From a virus (lineage: Duplodnaviria; Caudoviricetes), in the IMG/VR virus record IMGVR_UViG_3300032096_000018, positions 1 through 54,391 of that record: DNA of 54,391 bases; one strand, 5' to 3'. A program made the position numbers and the translations under genes. Positions 12,001-17,727 of the stretch are shown in pieces. Every line of letters starts with the position of its first letter. The stretch's first letter is position 1. The notes below the pieces were generated by a model that worked only from the letters and a program-made list of their open reading frames with translations, was not told where the DNA came from and did not search any database.

Positions 12001-12240
12001 CTCGTTGAACTCGCGCATTTCATCGACGCGATCGGTGAGATACCCGCCTCGAGCAACGTGGTCGCGCTGCTCATCGGACATGCCGAACAGGCTCGTGCCC
12101 TCACCCTCTTTGTCCGCCTGGCCGGCCAGCGGCTTAACGTGTTCGTCCCACGATCGAAGGATGTACTCGTCATCCAGATCGGGGCGCTTCTCTTTGACTT
12201 GACGTAGGAACTCGCGGGGCGGGATATATTTTTCGGCCAT
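82..12240 (-). CDS. Giant polyvalent internal-virion (ejection) protein, 4052 aa: DdrB-like ParB, GGDEF, ParB/Srx, LPD1-like and second metallopeptidase, JAB/RadC, ART-like, LPD38-like C-terminus
   Basis: Motifs LQNRDR..GAP/YAVVE..SHD; TDPMTGLGN..INDNFDHASGD..SGDEF; VVDGHH; AHEWFH; HEALGH; HNHPSG..SRAD; WFGDSRVVDEQGRPMVAFHGS; WYDKLP..TIPAPWGY. Last gene of the structural operon, after the ejection genes; RBS GGAG. Confidence 0.88.
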   Translation of the reverse strand: MAEKYIPPREFLRQVKEKRPDLDDEYILRSWDEHVKPLAGQADKEGEGTSLFGMSDEQRDHVARGGYLTDRVDEMREFNEGWGGDRRSDLKAGAGQGAETIGTLLARPLGGMDNALRAKGQEMQEEAEGERSAQYQADIEARDRDVEAADGELAKGAAWLRHTFSDKDLLAGLLAEEGPTTVAGGLAGLGAKALTKGAAKRLGKSDEAANKAGNYAGTGTAVGVGMAESGAMTKSQTYDSLVDLGPEEFMQAAEPAVKSQYEALLAEGATEEQAVKTIADDLSTTAGVTAGMFTGLMNALPASRGLERVITGSWQKNRGGMGGAIKQGAKVGTAEGATQAGDEAFQQGAENYQLGKVDEDQSLTEGAGVAAAQGFAFGGPTGTAAGVIEGAAGPGEEPRANDGTPGDGEPETNINKRAGDLAGQWARENGRSVDEIPDEIWQAAREQARREVSPEDKGAGDPDEYVVDRADGQVKKRQEAAASEQPINPDRSVFVEGLGEREFISALADDQAMVRGPDGKRDVVQVIPGENGPRFAAITSDDTPAPETQAKEQAVEQINQVRQSGPLGRAAAPSLASALNQPQGMAYGDQGAPIDLGDATRANDKVNSNPMTPAGAGTPDVTPAAVLAQDDAGPSGTMPEPDDQINAQIRALRDGAREEPVFFDGTTDQLTGEARQAAEVGLAVESVDGGTWIARDVTQRDRILEAEETGLSPEEVRAAILGYQKPKGDIDLDSAQAVQATDADGNIVRSELADAESLAGALNEAEQTANAAGGETNVAAPEEEVAGRLDTDALQNRDRSRAALQAQVRDIATNPDYDRVSISRTPDSGAPMAFPRDGYNVADSDMGREDTVTMADGRGGSRRVPVRYAVVEAAELQPSHDASGNRNDEYGARGLTALNNGRAAGLKSAWEQGTASNYREAMLLDEEAHGIPRAAIESKENPVMVRLFDENAIADLESPGAASNMAAGAELSATEQAITDARTMSDATIGNYRGGDVNTAANRDFVRSAINDFGGPASAAGMMQGDGTLSADGARRLRLALLAKAYDNPGLIAELAESADTEIKGIGESLIDAAGQWAQMRAEAEAGNIDPAMDVTDALTEAVDVVMRARKEGKSIKGLADQRDLLSGDAINPVAETFLRLFFRDEAFKRPRAKAKVTDGLVGYTENARATMPGEDMFGDRADPQQTLETQRDRIEQQEGQPGAQSGLFTESGQPATGSDRPGGQERARDESSGREASGRDPRANDEAPQARDAQVGIPEGAQTKSDGTPFATERAAKTARTNRGLAKTHDLQAVDGGFVLVPQGAQPQPEATDTAETTEATGQPDAATQAEPDADRRADENANIRALAADADPAAMTPEQMRQAIEQLRAQVYTDPMTGLGNGAALVRAWANSPRDVQVSIDADSLKWINDNFDHASGDKMLALIGEALAGEGVEAYHKSGDEFWMQADSEADAEQAMQRIADRLAGATIVFEHDDGSITAKTGIGLSYGIASGATNDLKQAERRAERRLQEHKQQRERDGLRAGREQDPPGVERTPARSDAGVPGDTAEGNADQVGNPAAAQGVTDGFTPTHESATGEPLRELDDEPGVYENAAGEIIEDDYATPISAADGQSAESDQQARNMRGAPIDDEWSSFSDESGTRGIPRSEMPQVKSEHRGALANFLSARGIESVEETVPALSLKPTQREFSEARIDAAKDREGGDRAILVSSDDHVVDGHHQWMADADQGSDVRVIRLDAPIDDVLEAAREFPSSEVDDDGGANDRADQDAPVDDNEQQATDVADNETADGDTQITPDQFGDALPPARRDQRSSIGEMTDDEIGKQPLSKLWPLSEIEEMPTKWGRAFATAARSNIRRKPRDAWKKRAWVNEVKMMRGIFEAIRDGRITRDRIEEVADEPEYRRLKRTMFAKVKLLEQIDESEWSRIGHVEEFPDAHQIKGPPGNTYTVQSPQVAVRVDDRRKSFEGSGQAEEIAPQVAEYLAQSEPEQESSADERRKYEIRRNTRTGEVTINRTGDKQMRTLRQFDTVDEAREFLRSNTDALAEAWEAIKARDNVRKTDLRRKDNRDRIGKDHRNGRDITVEQFQDTFGFRGGEFGKWVQQGKNAKERQGILNAAYDGLMDMADVLGVPPRAISLGGRLGIAFGARGRGWASAHFEPDTFVINLTKTRGAGSLAHEWFHALDNHFQLKRGEPASNKTEDNFITYGPENYYRHKDRPSIRIPERHFDDAMAGKSYMGGRKILPAGRDRSQWEYVGGIRPEVGAAFAELTEALDKSPMTKRTEAIDGSRSKKYWSQIIERAARGFESYMIEKMRQESGRNEFLANVVSVEEFTRDPERYPYLLPDELEPITQAFDTLFSVIETEEGADGNVVMFSRASQTGAAFGMHEQVERAVRGITKGWANAPDAIVVESMSDPRVPSDVQAENERQLSQGAEGQPQGFYYQGRVYVVSGALGSVQDAERVLFHEALGHYGLRGVFGDALDGELDRLAKARPADIRAKAKEYGLVTNLRDARMQVAEEGDADGRTYSLDELNRLARERMQSDRRIAAEEVLAELAQDKPEIGFVRRAIAAIRQWLRENVPMFRDMGVTDAEIVRDYIEPARAFVEQTRYARSAGRQSEVRDPANQYALDLDPAPSEPAQKAQLADNFRIKRKRVPIGKVQSAFDTVSSAEQAAHVMAPIRKHGVENFYALVTDGDGKILDLQRHGKGDMSSAPADPGVIASSVASVPGAKQVWFGHNHPSGRMIASRADLRITGTLNTALDGSGIETAGHVVFGEGRSATFIDALGDGSDTIAITPARRDRTISITESQVRRRRMSGAPEIKAPADAKAFVEDMDADSGILLLANTHQVIGSLALSNEEMSRLRDGDTIPRILKALHDSGAAATIIKASSEEVANNVARYLVEKGKARVLDGFVSGQGGGIRSMAEIGEIVTSSDGRAWYSRSQGGDSLPDAIEVDGKRRPARNSNGQPIAADEQGVRNFWRWFGDSRVVDEQGRPMVAFHGSPDARGLFDQDGKFQTMWQRYGEDDPEAAFFFTDRRDVARTYADDSRAFDYQNAENAIGQLYLSIKNPMEVDAGGRSWGARGGPAAQGEQLEQAKRDGHDGLVIRNTVDTYNVTATRPHSVFVAFEPEQIKSAEDGPVRSLFNGQPMDGSGPNSGAFDGSDPRIHFSRGPTASERPPRNGGFTRLKSSSDKALDSFIYNIVDRFKDLADFQKAAGSVPETADAMMAQENFAGRARKRLDDLDDFHVKPILEVMNRGGFDMEEVGRFLHARHAKEANAVLAERNPDREDNQALSGMSNQEADAILTEYADNADMQEVGRSVDEMNRTRLEKMVDDGLLSPEQAESWASMYQHYVPLHRDMLTDEDGDLADVPNMPAKGQGFHIAGKESKVRAGSTKPVEHGLIFTHMVAQYEASATRGEKNLVGQALLELVTEHPDPNLWEIDKPRKVAALNAAGEVVYRPDPMLRDNELSVKVGGKSVRVTFNDKNPQAMRLVSEMRNLTQKQMPKLMQFMHGIMRVLSMVNTSLNPEFTITNYARDLQTAFYNLGDTELHDMATRIVKDASKHGIKAMWRSRRGTVETEWDRWADEFERAGGMVGWMDIYENVEDRANAINRELAMIGPGHRSKKALRAASDLIMDANNAIENAVRLSAFVHGRRNGMSSAKAANLAKNLTVNFNRRGAQGQLMNTMYLFFNASVQGTARMFSALGKSRKVQAMAGATVVAAAVLDMVNRALSDEDDDGLTWYDKLPNHVKDRNIVIVYGGGKDDYVTIPAPWGYNVFHVVGQTIGRGVSNAIDPIPTYSIAGEAGRLATATMDAFNPISSASPLLTLSPTLLDPGVSIATNTAWHGGPLMPDQNPFSERPDSERYFATASAPSKWITQTLNELTGGNELRSGAFDVSPESLDLLVSTMTGGAGHFVLNTIDTGYRAAAPGEEIEKRNAPFYRKLFGSEYDTMDYEMYYDRKSSLETLKRELDTFTGEEYQEVATRFADERKMLGRLKTTEKRLKALRKRKDLLKARDASKDRVEAIDDEIVAEIKRFNTLYNRVVLK

Positions 12241-12286
12241 GAACGGCTCCGTGGCTTGAGGTTTCCATCGACAACCGCATCAGACC

Positions 12287-12302
12287 AAAGCGGCCAGCAT
12301 TG
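12287..12302 (-). promoter_or_regulatory. Repeated late-module motif, copy 1 (AATGCTGGCCGC)
   Basis: Intergenic, upstream of the giant gene; same core and orientation as three other intergenic copies. Confidence 0.55.
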
Positions 12303-12323
12303 AAAAACCCGCCTTGCGGCGGG
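12303..12323 (-). terminator. Rho-independent terminator
   Basis: CCCGCC-GCAA-GGCGGG-TTTTT on the minus strand, just after the 539-aa gene. Confidence 0.8.
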
Positions 12324-12328
12324 CTTAG

Positions 12329-13948
12329 TCAGTCGGCGAGCAATGTGCTCAAGTCCTCGGTGGTCGGCGCGCCACCCCCGGACGACGATGATCGGCCACT
12401 CGGCACCCCAATGAGCCCGTTGAGCATCTGATCGATGCGCTTGCGCTGGTTCTCGAGCGACAGGATCTCGCGCTCCATTTCCGCGCGGCGCACCTCATCG
12501 GTCGTGACCTGCATTTCCTCCTGCATGGCACTGATCCGCTCGTCAATCTGGCCGCCGTATTGGCGAAGCTCCTGCGTTCTAGCCTCGTCGAACTCGCCAC
12601 CACCCTCGCCGAGTGAGCGCATGCCGCGCAGATCATCGGTGCTGACCGCCTTGCCATCGCTTCGGATCGGCAGGCCGTTGTCGTCGCGGTAGATATAGAC
12701 CGGCTTGCCGCCTTCGCCCTCGACCACGCCCAACACGTCCGGCCGTGAACGCTCGAGCAGCGCGTCCTCGTTCTCCATCGAGGCGCCTCGACGCTGCTCG
12801 TCGCGCAGCCGGGCGGTTGCCGTGCTGGCACCAGCCGATGCGCGTCGCTGGGTCACAAGGGCATCCGACTCGCGACCGGAGCGAATCATGTCGTCCTGCT
12901 CCTTGATCGTCTGCGCGTTGAAAAGCTGCTGGTAGCCATTGATCCGGCGCGTCTGCCCATCCTCGGTGCGCACGATCAACTCGTGCGTCTTGATCGGGCG
13001 CCCGCCCACGTTGGCAACTGTCGGCCGGAAGCCAACCACCATGTCCTCGGTGATGCGCTCCTTGCCCGTCTTGTTGAACGCCTCGAGCGCCCGTTTGAGG
13101 TTGCCGCCGTGAACCGCCTTGATGGCCTCTTCGTAGCCCTCGTTGTCCAGCTTCTTGCGCCATTCGGCGATTGCCTTGGCGCCCTCTGCGTCCATCGGCG
13201 CCCCAAGCTGGGCCGCGCCCTTCGCCATGTGCTTCGCGTACTTGAGCGCGCCGCCCTCGGATTCAATGTCGCCGTCGAACGACTGCGCGTGCATCGCCAT
13301 CGTCTGCTGACGCGCGGCGTCGAGCACCGGCTGCATTTCCTTGAACAACTCGGGCGTCACGGCCACCCGGCGCATAAGCTCCTGATACCGTTTGCCGGCA
13401 TCCTTGATGTCGAACGAGGTGCGCGATGGCTTGCGCTGCTCGCGCTTGCCGGTGGATCGCCCATCGCCACCCTGGCGTGCCGAGACGCGCGCCGCATCGT
13501 CACCCGATCGAGTCATGGCGCCAATAGACGGAAGCTCGCTACCGGGCGCCGACGCGTCGGCCGCTTTACCCCGCCCGGTAGCCGCCGGCTTTTTTCGGCG
13601 TTCTCCCTGGTCGCCCTGCAAGGCGGTAGACAGCGTGAGCCCGCCGCCCGGCTCCTGGCCCTTGAGCGGCGTGGTCTTGGCCCGACCCTCGGGGTTTCGT
13701 TGCAGGTTGCGCTCCTGCGGCCCGGCCTCTCGGCCATCGCTTGAGCCCATCGTGTCGGATGCCGGGGCGGCGCCTTCTCGCTGACCGCCCGATGACTGCG
13801 GGTCGCCAGCGGTGCCCTGCATGAACTCGCGCACCGCCTTCATTGCGTTGCGCCTCTCCTTCTCTTTGTCCTTGCCGGTGCGCCAGTCGTCGCCGACCAT
13901 GTAGCCCTCGACGGCGCCCTTGAGTGCGTGACCTAGTTGCAACGCCAT
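12329..13948 (-). CDS. Putative internal virion/DNA ejection protein (539 aa)
   Basis: Long helical, low-complexity ORF between the DNA-transfer gene and the giant protein; podovirus synteny. Confidence 0.6.
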   Translation of the reverse strand: MALQLGHALKGAVEGYMVGDDWRTGKDKEKERRNAMKAVREFMQGTAGDPQSSGGQREGAAPASDTMGSSDGREAGPQERNLQRNPEGRAKTTPLKGQEPGGGLTLSTALQGDQGERRKKPAATGRGKAADASAPGSELPSIGAMTRSGDDAARVSARQGGDGRSTGKREQRKPSRTSFDIKDAGKRYQELMRRVAVTPELFKEMQPVLDAARQQTMAMHAQSFDGDIESEGGALKYAKHMAKGAAQLGAPMDAEGAKAIAEWRKKLDNEGYEEAIKAVHGGNLKRALEAFNKTGKERITEDMVVGFRPTVANVGGRPIKTHELIVRTEDGQTRRINGYQQLFNAQTIKEQDDMIRSGRESDALVTQRRASAGASTATARLRDEQRRGASMENEDALLERSRPDVLGVVEGEGGKPVYIYRDDNGLPIRSDGKAVSTDDLRGMRSLGEGGGEFDEARTQELRQYGGQIDERISAMQEEMQVTTDEVRRAEMEREILSLENQRKRIDQMLNGLIGVPSGRSSSSGGGAPTTEDLSTLLAD

Positions 13949-13960
13949 ACCAAACCCCCT

Positions 13961-14773
13961 TTACATCATCATGGCGCCGGCCATGCCGATCGCCGAGCCA
14001 AGTGCCGCCGAACTGTCAGAACCGCGCTGCTCGGCCTGGTTGTACATATTCGCCTGTCCATTGAGCGCCGTGCCCATGCCGCTTTGCATCATCTGCCGGC
14101 CACTGCCGATCGTGCTCGAGCCCTGGCCCAATCCGGCCATCAGGTTTTGCCCGGGCTGCTGCGTGTTGCTCGCCGCTGAATTGCCCGCATTGGTCGCCAC
14201 CCCATAGGCGCCCGTAGAGGCGCCGGCCAGATTTCTGCCCAAGCCGGCCGCGTCCATTTTGCGTGCGTAGCCAAGGTTCTCTGCCTGCGTGCGGGCGGTG
14301 TTCATGGCCCCGGCCTTGTTCGCCGCGTTGGTCAGCCCGGTCTGCGCCTGGATCGCCTGATACTTGCCCGAATTGGGATTGACGCCCATCGAGGCCATCG
14401 TGCGCTCGTTGGACTGCCGGGCCTGCGTCTGCTGCTTTTCGTAGTCTGCGGCAGCCTGGCCGGCGCGACGCTCGAACTCGGCCTGCGTGTCGAACTCCTG
14501 CGCGTCGCTGACCAACTCCTTCTCGAGCGGGCGATACGTCTCGCTCAAGTAGTCGTAGTAGTCGCGCCCTTGCTGCTGCGTCTCGTCCATCGTCGCAATC
14601 TGCGACTCCGTGACTTGCTCAATCAGCGGCAACGTGCGCTCGTACTGGCGCCGGGCCTCGTCTAGCTGCTGATAGCCGAGATCGGCCATGATTGCGGCCG
14701 ACTCTTTGCTCGCATTCGCCAACTGGCTGTAATCCGGCGGCGGCGGAGAAGAACCTTTACCACCCATCGTCAA
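13961..14773 (-). CDS. Putative DNA-transfer/pilot ejection protein (270 aa)
   Basis: MGGKGSSPPPPDY N-terminus, Gln/Ala/Gly-rich, Gly-rich hydrophobic C-terminus; follows the GNAT-like gene as in other podoviruses. Confidence 0.65.
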   Translation of the reverse strand: MTMGGKGSSPPPPDYSQLANASKESAAIMADLGYQQLDEARRQYERTLPLIEQVTESQIATMDETQQQGRDYYDYLSETYRPLEKELVSDAQEFDTQAEFERRAGQAAADYEKQQTQARQSNERTMASMGVNPNSGKYQAIQAQTGLTNAANKAGAMNTARTQAENLGYARKMDAAGLGRNLAGASTGAYGVATNAGNSAASNTQQPGQNLMAGLGQGSSTIGSGRQMMQSGMGTALNGQANMYNQAEQRGSDSSAALGSAIGMAGAMMM

Positions 14774-15336
14774 TCACCTCGCTGCTTGATCCAGCGGCAT
14801 TTTTCCTTCCACATGACCAACATGATGACAGCGCCGCCAGCATTTCCATGCGGCACCGTAAACTCGTGCTCGAACCCAAGGTGCTTGTCGAATCGCAGCG
14901 CCTCGTGGTTGTGCTCCGAGACGAGCCCGGTGAGGCGTTTGAGCCCGCACTGATTGAAGGCGTAATCGAAGCAGGCGAACAGGAACGTCTTGGTGAGCCA
15001 CCGCTTGCCGACGCCCGCGATATGAACGTGGGCGTTCGTCTCCGTCATGTTGTTGAGAACGAACCCGGCGACAAGCTCGCCCGATTCGCCCTCGAGCCCG
15101 ATCGCCTCAAAGCTGCCCCAATGCCCCAACTGATCGACGCGATCCGCCACCCAGGCGCCGACGCGCTCGCGATCATCCAGAACCAGCCGTGGCCGGTCGC
15201 CGCGAAATGGCTTGGGCTGCATGCCGGCGACGCTCGAGGCCACCGGCTCATCAAGCTCGGCGTCGATGCCTACCTGAATGCCAACGATCATTTCCGGTGT
15301 CAGGCGATTGCCCTCGTTGTTCCACAATGCGCGCAT
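14770..15336 (-). CDS. GNAT-like acetyltransferase in the virion-assembly module
   Basis: FDYAFNQCGLKRLTGLVSEHNHEALRFDKHLGFEHE matches RimJ/RimL-type GNAT; usual position before ejection genes. Confidence 0.75.
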   Translation of the reverse strand: MRALWNNEGNRLTPEMIVGIQVGIDAELDEPVASSVAGMQPKPFRGDRPRLVLDDRERVGAWVADRVDQLGHWGSFEAIGLEGESGELVAGFVLNNMTETNAHVHIAGVGKRWLTKTFLFACFDYAFNQCGLKRLTGLVSEHNHEALRFDKHLGFEHEFTVPHGNAGGAVIMLVMWKEKCRWIKQRGD

Positions 15337-15542
15337 CAGATCACGCCGATCTCGGCCAGCTTTAGTTTCGCGGCCTCCTCGATTGCCGCCGGGCCGTCCT
15401 CGCCGGCCTGCTTATCCAGCACCACGTCGTAAGTGTCCACCTTCAACACGCCGCCAACGTCGGTTTTCACCGACACTCGCGCCTCCGTTTTTCCCTCGCC
15501 CGAGTGCTCAATGGCCCACGATTCAATAACTACGCTTTTCAC
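15336..15542 (-). CDS. Hypothetical protein (68 aa)
   Basis: Overlapping start/stop with both neighbours. Confidence 0.6.
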   Translation of the reverse strand: MKSVVIESWAIEHSGEGKTEARVSVKTDVGGVLKVDTYDVVLDKQAGEDGPAAIEEAAKLKLAEIGVI

Positions 15543-15976
15543 TGGAATACCCCCGTTACGATTTTGAATGTCAGAGTCCGGCTTGGGATGCTTGTTCCCT
15601 GCATCAGAACGTAATAATCCTGCGTCAAATAGATATTAGTTCCGCTCCACCAAAGACTGACGACGCTTGCGTTTTCCACGTTTTCCCTTGCCGTGTTTAT
15701 CGTCACGTAATCAAGAAGGCTGCCGCACGAATTCCAATTTGTGGTTGTGTCTCCGCCGGCAAGATTCTTGGTGGTGGCGAGAATGAAATCAGGCACCGCC
15801 GACACTGATCCGACAAGGTACGTGTTTGACCCTACCGACCTGTATGAATACCCCGGGAACGTCTTTGTTACGGTCAACGTATTCGCCTTGACCGCCATTT
15901 TCCTGTTCGTGTCAAACGCCGTCCTGTTGGTCGAGTCCTTTACCAGAATGCGATTGTTCGATATGTAAATGCTCAT
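15539..15976 (-). CDS. Putative small tail-associated protein (145 aa)
   Basis: Beta-rich, Thr/Ser/Tyr/Asn-rich, in-operon, visibly lower GC. Confidence 0.6.
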   Translation of the reverse strand: MSIYISNNRILVKDSTNRTAFDTNRKMAVKANTLTVTKTFPGYSYRSVGSNTYLVGSVSAVPDFILATTKNLAGGDTTTNWNSCGSLLDYVTINTARENVENASVVSLWWSGTNIYLTQDYYVLMQGTSIPSRTLTFKIVTGVFQ

Positions 15977-15979
15977 CCG

Positions 15980-16246
15980 TCACGAACTCAACATGATGAT
16001 GCTGGTATAGGCGCCGCTCGGGTTGTATTCGTGCTGCGGGTATGTCCCTTTGAAGAATCCATTGAATTCATAGCCAATCGAGTTATAGCCCGCGTCGTAT
16101 GTGTCGTTGCTCCATCGATACATGGTGCGCCCGGCGGGAAACGCAAAGTCGCCACCGGTGGTCACTTTATGGATATAGGCATTGTCCGAATCGAAACGGC
16201 CGCCGGAGAAAACAACGCGCGTTGGGATGATGCTGATAACCTGCAT
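15980..16246 (-). CDS. Putative small tail-associated protein (88 aa)
   Basis: Tightly packed in-operon ORF, aromatic-rich. Confidence 0.55.
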   Translation of the reverse strand: MQVISIIPTRVVFSGGRFDSDNAYIHKVTTGGDFAFPAGRTMYRWSNDTYDAGYNSIGYEFNGFFKGTYPQHEYNPSGAYTSIIMLSS

Positions 16247-16247
16247 A

Positions 16248-16691
16248 TCAAAGCCCCTCGATCGCCAGGACGTAGATCGTCAGCCCAAGCGTCAGGCCGG
16301 GCAGCGTTCGATTTAGCGTCCACGTCCACTCATCGGTGTAGACGTAGTTGTTATCGCAACCCACCCGCACGCTTCGGAAAGACCCCGATTCAGTCTCGTA
16401 TTGCAGGAACATATCGCCGCCCACGAACAGCCCGTTTGACGCCACGGCAAACGCGATCGGCGAATAGGGCAGCCCATGCGCCCCGTGGTTGGTGGTTTGA
16501 TATTTGGCCGCCATTCCGCTTCGCGTCGGCAGACTGACGGACGAATTGATTACCTTGTGAACGGGTATGTATTCGAGATCGGAATGGAAGAACACGTTTG
16601 CCAGATCCGACATGGGATCATTGAGGTTGGCGCCGGGGTTGCTGATCGTCACCCGCCCCGTGTTCCCGTTGGCTGATAGCACCTTCGCCAC
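16248..16691 (-). CDS. Putative tail-associated protein (147 aa)
   Basis: Contains FHSDLEY motif; packed directly behind the repeat-containing tail gene. Confidence 0.6.
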   Translation of the reverse strand: MAKVLSANGNTGRVTISNPGANLNDPMSDLANVFFHSDLEYIPVHKVINSSVSLPTRSGMAAKYQTTNHGAHGLPYSPIAFAVASNGLFVGGDMFLQYETESGSFRSVRVGCDNNYVYTDEWTWTLNRTLPGLTLGLTIYVLAIEGL

Positions 16692-16692
16692 G

Positions 16693-17727
16693 CTACACCT
16701 CGATGCTGATGTACTTGTTGGTGAGGTCGATCACAAACTTGCCGTCCGATGATCGGAGCTTGCCCGCCGTGATTGTGCCCATGTCGGCGCTTATGGCAGA
16801 CAGCGTGTCCGCGTTGATCTTGTTCGCATCGAGCGATTCCACCTTGGCGCTGTTGATTGCCGCATCGGCAATGTTCGCCGTGTTGATTGCGGCCAGACCG
16901 ATCTTCGCGTTGGTGATAGCGGCATCGGCAATCTTCGCGTTGAGAATCGCCGCGTCCTGAATCTGCGCGCTGCTGATGGCCGCATTGGCAATCTTGGCGT
17001 TGGTCACGGCGGCGTTGTCGATCTTCGCGCTGATAATCGAGGCGTCGGCGATCTTGGCGCTATCGATGGCCGCCACCCCGATCTTGGCGTTACTGATCGC
17101 GCCGTTGGCGATCAAGGCGTCCTTGATGTACGTGCCCTTTGGCACGGTCACGCCGTTGTTGGTGTACGCGGCATCGACGTAGACGTAAGGCTGGTTGTCG
17201 GCGATTCCGGTCATCTGCTCGATCAGATAGGCCGGATCGGGAGCCGTCTCGCCCACCGTGCCGCCGGTGGCGTTGTATGGACCCTCGTTGCCGTCGATGT
17301 TGACGTGACGAATCCAGTAGTAGGCCGACGCCTGGCTGCCGACGGCATCGGGGTACATCACACCCCGGGCGGTGCCGATCAGGACCGCAACGCCCAGGTC
17401 ATCCACGTCGGACCGCCACACTTCCGTGTAGCTGTGGCAGTCCGCATCGCTCACCTCCTCCCACTCGAGCAGAACGGTCGTCATGGCCCCGGTGACGATC
17501 AGGCCAGTGGGGGCGCCCGGGATTGAGCAGCCGGACGACTCGGTGACATTCGCCTCGAGATCCCCGGTGCGCGGGTTGACCGCCGCAAGCCCGGCGTTTT
17601 GCAGATCACCGGCCGTGAGCAGCCGTTTGTCGCCCGATGCCGTCAGCGCCTCGCGCACGCGCTGCAAGAACTGCCGCACGTCATTGGGCAGGGCCGAGGT
17701 GATCGAAGGCAGGAACTTGTTACCCAC
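16693..17727 (-). CDS. Tail fibre/spike-like protein with FN3-like domain and decapeptide repeats
   Basis: PGAPTGL..VLLEW..TEVWRS..YYWIRHVN (FN3-like), then about 9 copies of IAxAAIxxAK, ending KFVIDLTNKYISI. Confidence 0.7.
   Translation of the reverse strand: MGNKFLPSITSALPNDVRQFLQRVREALTASGDKRLLTAGDLQNAGLAAVNPRTGDLEANVTESSGCSIPGAPTGLIVTGAMTTVLLEWEEVSDADCHSYTEVWRSDVDDLGVAVLIGTARGVMYPDAVGSQASAYYWIRHVNIDGNEGPYNATGGTVGETAPDPAYLIEQMTGIADNQPYVYVDAAYTNNGVTVPKGTYIKDALIANGAISNAKIGVAAIDSAKIADASIISAKIDNAAVTNAKIANAAISSAQIQDAAILNAKIADAAITNAKIGLAAINTANIADAAINSAKVESLDANKINADTLSAISADMGTITAGKLRSSDGKFVIDLTNKYISIEV
16842..17112 (-). repeat. About 9 tandem 30-bp coding repeats (IAxAAIxNAK); boundaries approximate
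   Basis: IANGAISNAK IGVAAIDSAK IADASIISAK IDNAAVTNAK IANAAISSAQ IQDAAILNAK IADAAITNAK IGLAAINTAN IADAAINSAK. Confidence 0.8.
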
